This document shows, piece after piece, positions 12,508 through 23,800 of a stretch of 64,000 bases of DNA. This stretch comes from Haliotis rubra (lineage: Eukaryota). Numbering within the stretch: the first letter of the stretch is position 1; each line of letters opens with the position of its first letter. Under the pieces are notes generated by a model. The model saw only the letters and a program-made list of their open reading frames with translations, did no database searches and was not told where the DNA came from. Both the position numbers and the translations under genes were made by a program. The stretch lies in assembly GCF_003918875.1 (NCBI RefSeq), contig NW_025765647.1:1426001-1490000 (forward strand), given 5' to 3'.

Positions 12508-13552
12508 ATACTGTAAGGTGGAGGGGACAGGTAGGTATATATTGGTTTATAGTGGGTATGCTGATGTTTATACATCATCATCAGCGTAAGTTTGATGACT
12601 GGATAGGAATGGCTGTGAATGGCGGTTTTGGGGTTGTTTGTTTACAATGGAACTGAAATATATGTATCTGTTTTAACGTTATGACAACATTGTTTCTTAA
12701 TAAAATATCTCTTTGCAGTTTAAATAGTAGTTATGTCTTATTTTAAATACTGAACTTGTGTTCTGTTGTTAGTAGAGGAACTATTTTAGTGGAGTGGTGT
12801 TAATATTTCCAATCATAAGATACTCAAGTGGCAAATGTGGAGAGTAAACAGCATTGCCAAGGCAATGTTATTCTGTATATGCACTGGTTGCGTTTGTAAA
12901 CACAGTTTTATATTGTCACCATAATCATATCGCTCTTCAAAGACAATTCACCATGGTTGTCTTTGATTTCAAACCTGAGTGTCACACAAATCAAGCTTGA
13001 CCAGAGCAATTGTCCTGAACCATAAACTCCTGCAAAAAAGATGTCATACTAATGAGAGTACATATGAGCCGCTTCAATTATTACTGTATCTGAGAGTGAG
13101 TAACATGTTTATATGATACTTGCAGTGTAGTGTAAGCAGACAACAGATGTAATGTACAATGAATATGTCCTCTGGTGCAGTACTTAGAGCCAGGTATCCT
13201 TCTGTGTGTAGTAACACAAACATGAAAACATATTTGGTGTGGTTAAAGTGAGTACCGATCATTCTTCAAACCAACAGACAGACATCCCCATGATGGTGTT
13301 GTAATTCTTGCATAGCCTCAAGGTTTCTTGAGTGTACTGAGATTATACTATAAGTGTGTGACTGATAAACAATTGCAATAGTTTGATAACACAGTTACTG
13401 AGTAAATTAAAATATATGAGTATTTATTGCCATATCTAAGAGTGAACTAAATGCAATAGTTACACAATACAGTGTCTGGATTAACAGAGGGTATGTCCAT
13501 TGGGTTTGTACTCTGGTACAGGACTTATCCTCAGGTATTCCTCTCTGTGTAG

Positions 13553-13979
13553 TAGTGTTGGGAATTGGTTAAAATCTCATAATTGATGATTGTTTCATTG
13601 CAACCGATCAATCATCGAAAATAATTGGTTAGCGTCATTTATGAAATTTTCCTGTTTATTTTTGTTAATGCACAAAAACATAAAGAAAAAACATGTAGTT
13701 CTTGGGAGGTTTTTATTGCAAATTTCACATCTTGAAAGGATGACTTGTATGTTAGGAACATAAATGTCTTGGGGTCTTTAAGATAAATTCAATCATGACT
13801 TGGAACGAGCTTGTAGTGCTCAGGAAATGTAACCGACAAAACCAACCTTGTGAAAAATACTGTTAATGCAAAAGGTGTTCCAGAATTGCTTGTGTTCGAT
13901 TATGAGAAAACATGATCGATTGCTTGGTCGTTTAGTCACTGCAACATTTCGTTTATTTCAATTAATCGGACCACCACTA
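13553..13979 (+). mobile_element. hAT-type MITE (~430 bp)
   Basis: TAGTG...CACTA termini; perfect 8-bp TSD ctgtgtag (13545-13552, 13980-13987). Confidence 0.9.
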
Positions 13980-14974
13980 CTGTGTAGCTACACAAACATT
14001 GAACATACTTGGTACAATGTGAGTACCAGTATCATATTTTCATAGCATCATATTCATAGTACCTGTATAGCCTCGGCTATTTAGCAGCACAGACATTGAA
14101 CACAATTGGGAAATTGAGAGAGTACCTGTATCCCATTCCAAACCAAGAGACATGTATAACCTATGAGGTTTTTTGTAGCCATGGGTGTTCTCTGAGTGTA
14201 GCAGCACAAACATGGAACATATTGTGGTTTTGAACCAATGGGTGAGTGGTTCAGATAATAGGTGATTTTTCAGCATTGTGGCATGTAAAGTGATCACACC
14301 TAGACCAGACAAACCATGACGATACACAACTTAGCAGATAACAGCTTGTCCTCCATAAAGTAATAATCATACCACGCCGATTATGTGGCCAACACAGTCT
14401 TAAGAACAGGTGACTGGTCAACGTTTTCTGATCTCCACACAAAAGGTGGGTCACACTTTGGGACACTTGTGATGATTTCATAACACATTAATGTAAACAT
14501 GATTTAGTTACAAATATTGGAATGGAACTTTTACTATGGGGGAACCAAATCGTTTTTACATTAAACTACATAGCAAAGCTGGTCCTCTATGAAGTTCTGT
14601 TACTATTCAGCAACCATTCCCACCAACACATTATTCTGACAAACATGAATGACTGGTGAACCTTTCACACCTGGACACACGAGGTGGGTCAGTTAGAAGA
14701 GCACTGGTCACACGTGCTTTGGGATAGCATTGGATTAATGTATTTCTTGATGTGTATTCTTACGAGCCCATGGATCAGTTACTAAGGAAAGTGGCTGTAT
14801 TACATTGAAATGACATGAATCGTGTTAGCATGTAAGATAATCATGTTAAACCTGACAAACGTGATCAGTGAGTAACGACCCCTGGTATAACCATGAAACA
14901 CACAGAGGTCTTCCACCAAGTAGTCCTTATACCCTGCAGCTATTGTCACCAACACATTCTGAACACAAACATAT

Positions 14975-15600
14975 CCGTAAGTCCGTCCTTCCGTTATACT
15001 TCCATTTCCCATTCTCACCCGTCCGTATGTCCGTCGTCCCGTTATACTTTCATTCCCCATGCCCTCAATGTCCCCCATTCTCACCTGTCCGTGTGCCCTT
15101 CCTCCAGTTTACATGCATTCCCCATGTGCCAAATTTCCCCCATTCTCACCCGTCCGTATTACCGCCGTCCCGTTATACTTCCATTCCCCATGCCCCAAAT
15201 GTCCCCCATTCTCACCTGTCTGTATGTCCGCCCTCCTGTTATACTTCCATTCCCCCGCCCTGCACACATATCTCCCTTTTCACCCATGCCCCATTATCAT
15301 TTGTCCGTATGTGCGTCCTCCCGTTATACTCCCATTCCCCGTGCCCCATTATCATTTGTCAGTATGTGCGTCCTCCCGTTATACTTCCATTCCCCATGCC
15401 CCCAGTGTCCCCCATTCTCACCCGTCCGTATGTCCGTCTTCCCGTTACACTTCCATTCCCAATGCCCCCAGTGTCCCTCATTCTCACCTGTCTGTATGTC
15501 CGCCCTCCCGTTATACTTCCATTCCCCATGCCCCAAATGTCTCCCATTCTCACCTGTCTGTATGTCCGCCCTCCCGTTATACTTCCATTCCCCCGCCCTG
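14975..15600. repeat. 66-bp pyrimidine-rich minisatellite
   Basis: Unit ccgttatacttccattccccatgccccaaatgtcccccattctcacctgtctgtatgtccgccctc, recurring at ~15377, 15443, 15509 and 15575. Confidence 0.9.
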
Positions 15601-15989
15601 CACACATATCTCCCTTTTCACCATGTGCCCATACCTCCGCTCTACCACTTACCTTCAATACTATTAAACAATTTCAAGTTTCAAACCTCTGTTCTCATTC
15701 ATGAAAGATAATTTACATTATCATTTCTCAAACACAAAATCATATTACCTACTTTGTGGAAAATTATTTTACAGTACCTTTTATCCATTTCACATTGAAT
15801 ATTCTTTATTTTACTCGATTTTATTCCTGTACCCAACATAAACAAAATTTATTTAATAACTATACAACGACTGCCTTGTGGCAGTGTATATTACCTAACG
15901 CGGAACGCTCCACCACCATCTTGTTAAACATAACCGTTTAAGCCAAATACTTTCACTATTCTTCTAAACAGTCATAAAATCCTTATTCA

Positions 15990-16250
15990 AGAAGGATAAC
16001 TCTATTTACATAGCAAACTCTACTAGAGTAGCTTCCCTTGGAAAGACGTTTGGATTTATGAACGTTTCTTCTCCATGTTAAATCGGAACAGCTGACATAC
16101 TTGGTGTTGATGTAGATCTATCAACATCTACAATACACATAGACGGAAGTGTCACTTATGCATAAATTCGACGCATGCGTGTTCCTGTCGACTGTAGCGG
16201 TGTCATGACAACAGTTAGACCTTTCTGTGTCAGCCATTTTGAAAGAGAGA
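15990..16250 (+). promoter_or_regulatory. Putative promoter of orphan gene copy B
   Basis: CGGAAGTG 16144-16151, ACGCATGCGT 16171-16180, GCCATTTT 16233-16240, AGAGTAGCTTCCCTT 16025-16039. Confidence 0.55.
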
Positions 16251-16319
16251 CATTTTCGCTGTTTCATCGTGAACAGTACGACTCTAAAAGAGCGCAGAGC
16301 TTAAGGAGTGGAGAAAATA

Positions 16320-18036
16320 ATGAATCCTTCTACACCAGGTATATTGAAATGATCTTCTCAAAGTCGCCTGTGATCAACAATATATGTCTCATCAGGAATG
16401 TAGTTCTCATATTATTGAGCTGTACAGTTGATATGACAGGAGGTTTGCCTCGGCCACGTAAACATTTAGGAGACTTTTAGATGTAGCGGTATAAATAACA
16501 ATTTGACGCACTACATAATCGACTTGTTTTGAGAAGACCTTTGTTTTTAGTCATCTGTGTTATCAAAATGGCGAATTACTCTGCAGGCAGTTTAGTATTA
16601 TTCACTGTCACAGTGTCTGTGACCCGCCTGCCCCCCAGGCTTCCGACAGTGGTGATGGGAGATGGGACAAGATGCCTGATAGATAACAACACTATCTGGA
16701 TGCCAGCCGGTAATGCTGTTGGCCTCTCCCTGGGTGCTGCCTACCAACAGCCAAGACCTAACTCAAGTTTTAGTCATCTGTGTTGTCAAAATGGCGAATT
16801 ACTCTGCAGGCAGTTTAGTAAACTATTCACTGTCACAGTGTCTGTGACCCGCCTGCCCCCCTGCCAACAGTGGTGATGGGAGATGGGATAAGATGCCTGA
16901 TAGATAACAACACTATCTGGATGCCAGCCGGTAATGCTGTTGACCTCTCCCTGGGTGCTGGCTACCAACAGCCAAGACTCCTTCATTCTGGTATCCGTCA
17001 GCCTCCTATGGTCCAGCCACCACCTTGCAGTAGACATAGGGAGACAATGTCTGTCTGCCAGGGCAGCTTAGCACTGGACCTGCAGCTGATGAGACCAGGG
17101 GTATGCGTCTGTATTAATTGTCTGTACATTTGACAATTTTATAACATCACAAAATAAGACATTCGCTCAATATCATAAAAGTGATACCATTACTGTATTG
17201 CCCATTAGGCCTTCTCCTGTGTTCTGCCCCAACTTGACCTACCAAGTCCAGTTCCTCTTCCCCTGTATCTATCCCATGTTGACAAGCCAGCTATGCATAC
17301 AGCAAACAACCCTAAACTCCAACCAAAGCAAAAACTTAAGCAGAAGGCCTGCAAACGAAAGCCTAAGCCTTTCAGGCCAAAACCTCAACCACTGCCTCAC
17401 ATTCCTAAAGAGAAAGTGAGCAAGCATCAGCCTGAGAGCAAGCCCTACTTTGTGCCTCAGCCTCTTGGAGCTAAGCACATCAAAACCCAGAGCAGACCTT
17501 TGGGGAACCGTATCACTAAGCCCTCAGGTGGTAATGGTACCATTAAGTCATCATGTAAGCTTAGTTTTGCTGAAGAATTACTGTTTGCTGATGAAGCTTA
17601 CTTAAAGCTAAAGTCTGTTTTACCAAGGTCATTGCCTGTGCCTGATAAGAATGTAAAAGATAAGGCTGCTTCAGCATTAGAGCATTCTAATTCAGCGGCT
17701 ACCACTGTTGCAACAGTAAATGTTAATCCTGCCAATGTGATGGACAAAGCTGATCCTAGCTCTGATGATGAATATGATGTGGAATATCTTTACCTTACTA
17801 AACTTATTATAAGGAAAAAGAGGAAACCCACTGCTGAGCCCTGCAAAGAGTCTCCACCCTCACGCAAGAGGAAGTGCCCAGATGACGGCAGTGAGGTGCC
17901 CCAAGCTGCAAAGCAGACAAGACTGGAGGATCCCCAGGACGCTCTGGAGCCACACCAGGACTCTCTGGGGGACCTGGAAGCTCTCTTGGCTGAGTACAGC
18001 TCCAGTCTGTCATCTGTCATCAGGGACTTCTTCTAA
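16320..18036 (+). pseudogene. Orphan gene copy B (exons 16320-16338, 16839-17100, 17209-18036), frameshifted in exon 2
   Basis: Net 4-bp deletion near 16861 gives TGA at 16874-16876; partial duplication of intron 1/exon 2 (~16533-16752); exon 3 remains open; AATAAA 18192-18197. Confidence 0.7.
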
Positions 18037-18659
18037 ATACTGTAAGGTGGAGGGGACAGGTAGGTATATATTAGTGTATTGTGGGTATGTTCCTGTTCAT
18101 CATCCAGCAAGTGTATGGTTTAAGAGACTGGATATTGATTGAAGGTTGGGGGTTGTTTGCTTACGATTCTACCTTGATTACATTGTTTCTCAATAAAATA
18201 TCTCTTTGCAGTTTAAATAGTAGTTATGTCTTATTTTAACAACTGAAGTTGAATTCTGTTGTTAGCAGAACTATTTCTGTGGAGGGCTGTTAGTGTTTCC
18301 AAACATTAGTTGATCAACAGGCAATTGTGGGAAGTGCATATGAGCAGCAGTTATTGGGAGTACATATGAGCAGCTGCATTTATTACTGATTGAACGAGTG
18401 AATTAAAGACAATACTAACATAATACAGTACCAGGTGACAACAGTTTGTATGTCCATTTGATTGGTCCTCTGCTTGATGAGAGCAATTCAAGCCGAACTA
18501 TTACTGCATATGAGCAGCTAAATATATTACTGTATCTTGGAGTGACTTACATGATACTGACAATAGTAACACATATAATGTAAGCAGACAACAGATGTAA
18601 TGTACATTGAGTAGGTCCTCTGGTGCAGGACTTAGTCTCAGGTAGTCCTCTGTGTGTAG

Positions 18660-19089
18660 TAGTGGTGGTCCGATTAATTGAAATAATCGAAGATTGGTCG
18701 CAGTGACTAAATGACCAAGCAATCGGTCATGTTTTCTCATAATCGAACACAAACAATTCTGGAACACTAGTTTTCATCAACAATATTTTTCACAAGGTTG
18801 GTTTTGTCTGTTACATTTTATAAGCACTACAAGCTTGTTCCAAGTCATCAATGAATTTATCATAAAGACATCAAGAAATTTATGTTCCTAACATACTAGT
18901 CATCCTTTAAAGATGTGAAATTTTGCCCCCCCCCAAAAAAAAAATTAAAAAAAATAAGTACATGTTATTTCCTTATATTTTTGTGCATTAACAAATTTCA
19001 TAAATGACGCTAACCAATTATTTTCGATGATTGATCGGTGGTAATGAACCAATCACCAATTATGACATTTTAACCAATTCCCAACACTA
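18660..19089 (-). mobile_element. hAT-type MITE, same family as 13553-13979, opposite orientation
   Basis: TAGTG...CACTA termini; perfect 8-bp TSD gtgtgtag (18652-18659, 19090-19097). Confidence 0.9.
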
Positions 19090-19536
19090 GTGTGTAGTAC
19101 AACAAACATCAAACATATTTGATAAGGTTAGAGTGATTGACATAATGATATCCTTCTTCAAACCAATAGACAGACAGAGTGGTGTAATTCATGCATAGCC
19201 TCAAGGTTTCTTGAGTTTATTATACAAAAGGTGGGTCACTCTGATCAACACTTGCAACAATTTGATAACATGTTAGATTAAACTATATGTATATGAGCAT
19301 ATCATGATTATTACTGTGTCCAAGAGTGAACTTATTTAAAGGCAATGTTAACCCAATACAGTGTCTGGAGACAACAGATGGTATGTCCATTGGGTTGGTA
19401 CTCTGGTACAGGACTTATCTTCTGGTATTTCTCTCTGTGTAGCTACACAAACGGTGAACACATCTGGAACAATGTGAGTACTTGTATCTGTTTTTATAGC
19501 ATTATAGTTTACATGTATATGACTTGTAAAGCCTCA

Positions 19537-19697
19537 GGGGCGGTGGGGTAGCCTAATGGTTAAAGCGTTGGCTCGTCACGCCGAAGACCCGGGTTCGAAT
19601 CCCCACATGGGCACAATGTGTGAAGCCCATTTCTGGTGTCCCCGCCGTGATGTTGCTGGAATATTTCTAAAAGCGGCGTAAAACCAAACTCAGTCAG
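19537..19697 (+). mobile_element. tRNA-derived SINE (family 1), full length
   Basis: A box TAGCCTAATGG, B box GGTTCGAATCC; TSD tgtaaagcctca (19525-19536, 19698-19709); empty site in unit A at ~14064-14076. Confidence 0.92.
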
Positions 19698-19939
19698 TGT
19701 AAAGCCTCAGGTATTTAGCATCATAGACATGTAACATATTTGGTAAGTTGTGAGAGTACCTGTATCCCAAGAGGCATGTATAACCTAAGAGTGCCTGTGT
19801 AGCCATGGGTGTTCTCTGTTACCTTGTAGCAACACAAACATTGAACATATTTTGGTTTTGAACCAATGGGTGAGTGATTAAGGTGACAGACGTTTTTCAG
19901 CATTGTGGCATATTAAGTGATCACACCTAGACCAGACAA

Positions 19940-20222
19940 GGTGAAATGGTTTAACATTGAACATGTACTTAAGAATATTTCGCTCTTATGATGACGTGCA
20001 TGTGTGTGTATGTGTGGCTGCTTGTACTAGCCCAGGCTTAAGCTGTTTTATAGTGCTAGCTCAATGAGATACCATGCCACAGCTAAGCATGAATACCCCA
20101 CTCGGACACATTATACTGACTCCGAGCCGACCAGGCCTTGTTTTACCCATTAATACAGAGCCTCAGGCTCAAGTACCATATTTTAACGTGTTTTGGTATG
20201 ACCTCAGCCGAGGATCAAACCA
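19940..20222 (-). mobile_element. SINE family 3 (Meta-domain-like core), 5'-truncated
   Basis: Reverse complement contains ttaaaatatggtacttg...attaatggg...cagtataatgtg; TSD agaccagacaa / agaccagataa; empty site at 14302-14312. Confidence 0.8.
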
Positions 20223-20853
20223 AGACCAGATAAACCATCATCACACACAACAGATTAAGTGACTAATGCATTCTTAAGGCAAGAGCTGGTGATTGGTCAA
20301 CATTTTCTGATCTGGACACAAAAGGTGGGTCAGTGATAATGTGAAAGCACATTAAATTACGTATCAAAGCTGGTCCCCGTAAAGCTATATTTCTGCTCGG
20401 CAACCATAACCATCAACACATTCTTCTAACAAACATGGATGGTGAACTGAAGATGAGGTGGGTCAATTAGAAGAACACTGATCACACATGCTTTTAAATA
20501 GCATGATGATACATTCCTTATATTCTTGCGAGCCAAAGAATTAAATACAGATAGATGAGACACAATTCACAGAGGTGCTACATAAAGTAGTCTTCATTCT
20601 CTTGAGCAATTGTTACCAACATGTTCTTGAGATAAACATGGGTGAGTGGTAGAATTGTCTCATGTTGATACATAAGGTTGGTGTCTGTGATAGTACTGAT
20701 CAAACACCTTGATACAGCATGCATTGTATCATTCCATTGACGTTTTACCAACACACTGACCTGCCTGGCAAAGATGTGCTTGTGGCAGTGTCAAAGAAAG
20801 ATTTCTGATCTTGTTCTTTTGCCAGAGTTGTAATTTGACAGATATGAAAGGAA

Positions 20854-23800
20854 ATCTCTCCTCCATCCTCCATTCTCCCCTCCATCCTCCTTACTTCCCC
20901 CTTCATCTCCCTTACTTCCCCTCTGTCCTCCATCCTCCATCCATCCTTCTCCCTCCCTCCACCCACCTCCCTCCTCCATTCCATCCTCCATTCCTCCTCC
21001 TCTCCTCCTTCCCTCCTCCTTCCTGTCCTTCTTCCTCTCCCTCTTTCCTCATCTTCCTTCCCTCCATCCTCCCTCCTTCCATCCCTCTTTTCCATCCTCC
21101 TCCTCCTCCTTCCTCCTTCCTTCCTCCCTCCATCCACTCCATTCCATCCTCCATCTCCCTCCTTCCTCCTTCCTTCCTCCCTCCTCTCCTCTCCTCCTTC
21201 CTTCCTTCCTTCCTCCTCCTTCCTCCCTCCCTCCCTCCTCCTCCACCCTCCTCCTCCTTCCTCTCCATTTCCTCCTTCCCTCCTTCCTCTCCATCCTCCA
21301 TCCTCCATTCCTCCCTCCTCCCTCCATCCTCCTCCTTCCTCCTCCACTCCATCTCCTCCTTCCCTCNNNNNNNNNNNNNNNNNNNNNNNNNNNNNNNNNN
21401 NNNNNNNNNNNNNNNNNNNNNNNNNNNNNNNNNNNNNNNNNNNNNNNNNNNNNNNNNNNNNNNNNNNNNNNNNNNNNNNNNNNNNNNNNNNNNNNNNNNN
21501 NNNNNCCTCCTTCCCTCCCTTCCTCTTCCTTCTCCTTCCTCCATCCCTTCCATTCCCTCCTTCCTCCCTCCTCCTCCTCCCTCCTTCCATCCTTCCTTCC
21601 ATTCCATCCTTCCTTCCTCCTTCCTTCCCTCCTTCCTCCATTCCTCCTCCTTCCCTCCTTCCTCCCTTTCCTCCTCCATCCTTCCTCCTTCCATTCCTTC
21701 CTCCCTCCATCCTCCATCCTCCCTCCCTCCATCTCCNNNNNNNNNNNNNNNNNNNNNNNNNNNNNNNNNNNNNNNNNNNNNNNNNNNNNNNNNNNNNNNN
21801 NNNNNNNNNNNNNNNNNNNNNNNNNNNNNNNNNNNNNNNNNNNNNNNNNNNNNNNNNNNNNNNNNNNNNNNNNNNNNNNNNNNNNNNTCCTTCCTTCCTC
21901 CATCCTCCTCCCTCCTTCCATCCTTCCTCCTTCCTCCTCCTTCCTCCTTCTCCCTTCCTCCTCCTTCCTCCTTCCTTCCTCCTTCCTTCCTCCTTCTTCC
22001 TTCCTCCTCCTTCCTTCCCATCCTCCATCCCTCCTCTCCTCCTCCTTCCTCCTTCCATCCTCCTCCTCCTCCTCTCCTCCTTCCTCATCCTCTTCCTCCT
22101 TCCTCCTCCTCCTCCATCCTCCATCCTCCTCCATTCCTTCTTCCTCCTTCCTCCATCCTTCCATCCTCCTCCTTTCCTTCATTTCCTTGTCATCCCTCCA
22201 TCCTTCCTCTCCTTCCTCCATCCTTCCTCCATCCATCCTCCCTTCCATTTCCTCCTTCCTCCATCCTCCATCCTCCATCCTCCTTCCTCCCTCCTCTCCT
22301 CCCTCCCTTCCATCCTCCTTCCTCCATCCCTCCATCCTCCATCCTCCATCCTTCCTCCATCCTCCATTCCTTCCTCCATCCTTCTNNNNNNNNNNNNNNN
22401 NNNNNNNNNNNNNNNNNNNNNNNNNNNNNNNNNNNNNNNNNNNNNNNNNNNNNNNNNNNNNNNNNNNNNNNNNNNNNNNNNNNNNNNNNNNNNNNNNNNN
22501 NNNNNNNNNNNNNNNNNNNNNNNNNNNNNNNNNNNNNNNNNNNNNNNNNNNNNNNNNNNNNNNCTCCCTCCTCCCTCTTCCTCCATCCTTCTCCCTCCTN
22601 NNNNNNNNNNNNNNNNNNNNNNNNNNNNNNNNNNNNNNNNNNNNNNNNNNNNNNNNNNNNNNNNNNNNNNNNNNNNNNNNNNNNNNNNNNNNNNNNNNNN
22701 NNNNNNNNNNNNNNNNNNNNNNNNNNNNNNNNNNTCCATCCTCCTTCCTTCCCTTCCTCCATCCCTCCTTTCCTCCTCCCTCCCTCCTTCCTCCTCCTCC
22801 CTCCCTCCTCCTTCCTCCTCCTTCCTTCCTCCTTCCTCCTCCTTCCTCCTTCCTCCTCCTCCATCCTCTTCCTCCTCNNNNNNNNNNNNNNNNNNNNNNN
22901 NNNNNNNNNNNNNNNNNNNNNNNNNNNNNNNNNNNNNNNNNNNNNNNNNNNNNNNNNNNNNNNNNNNNNNNNNNNNNNNNNNNNNNNNNNNNNNNNNNNN
23001 NNNNNNNNNNNNNNNNNNNNNNNNNNNNNNNNNNNNNNNNNNNACTCCCTCCATCCTCATCCTCCTCCTCCTCCTCCCTCCATCCTCCTCCTCCTTCCTC
23101 CCTCCTTCCTCCTCCATTCTCCTCCCTCCTTCCTCCATCCCTCCTTCCTGTTCCTCCATCCATCCTTCCTTCCCTCCATTCCTTTTCCTTCCTTCCTCCT
23201 CGTCCTCCTCCTTCCTTCCTCCCTCCTGTCCTTCCGTTCCTCCTCCTCCTTCCTTGTCCTCCATCCTCCTCCTTCTCTTCCTCCTCCATCCTTCCTCCAT
23301 TCTTCCTCTGTCCTCCTTCCTTCCTCCATCCTCCTCCTCCTCCTCCATCCTCCTGTCCCTCCTGTCCTTCCTTCCTCCTTCCTCCATCTTCCTTTTCCTC
23401 CTCATCCTTCCTCCGTCCTCCTTCATTCCCTCTTCCTCCTCCTTCCTCCTTCCGTCCTCCCTCCGTCCACTCCTGTCCTCCTTGTGTGTTCCTCCTTCCT
23501 CCTCCCTCTGTTCCCTCCACTGTCCGTCCTTCCTCCTCCATTCCTGTCCTCCTCTCCATCCTCCTTCCTCCCTCCTGTTCCTCGTTCCTTCCTTCCATCC
23601 TTCCTCCTCCTCCATCCTTCCTCCTCCATCCTCCTTCCTCATCCTCCATCCCTCCCTCCATCCTTCCCTCTCCTTCCTCCCTCCTCCCTTCCATCCCTCC
23701 ATCCTCCCTCCTTCCTGTTTCCCTCCTCCTTCCTCCTCCTCCTCCTCCTCCTCTCATCCTCCTTCCATCNNNNNNNNNNNNNNNNNNNNNNNNNNNNNNN

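Larger units (their letters stand above)
8400..14965 (+). repeat. Tandem segmental duplication, unit A (boundaries approximate)
   Basis: Collinear similarity to unit B: 8610-8820 ~ 15595-15832; 10280-13260 ~ 15835-18660; 13990-14965 ~ 19440-20640. Unit A carries extra insertions at ~8820-10270. Confidence 0.88.
14970..20640 (+). repeat. Tandem segmental duplication, unit B (boundaries approximate)
   Basis: Collinear with unit A, but with its own independent TE insertions. Confidence 0.88.

Noticed and set aside
14868-15711. Three overlapping 200-280 aa ORFs
   Set aside because: Translations of a stop-poor 66-bp minisatellite; no equivalent long ORF in unit A.
19537-19615. Possible tRNA genes at SINE heads (also ~6475-6551 and 49323-49441)
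   Set aside because: They continue into SINE or repeat bodies and lack a convincing cloverleaf.
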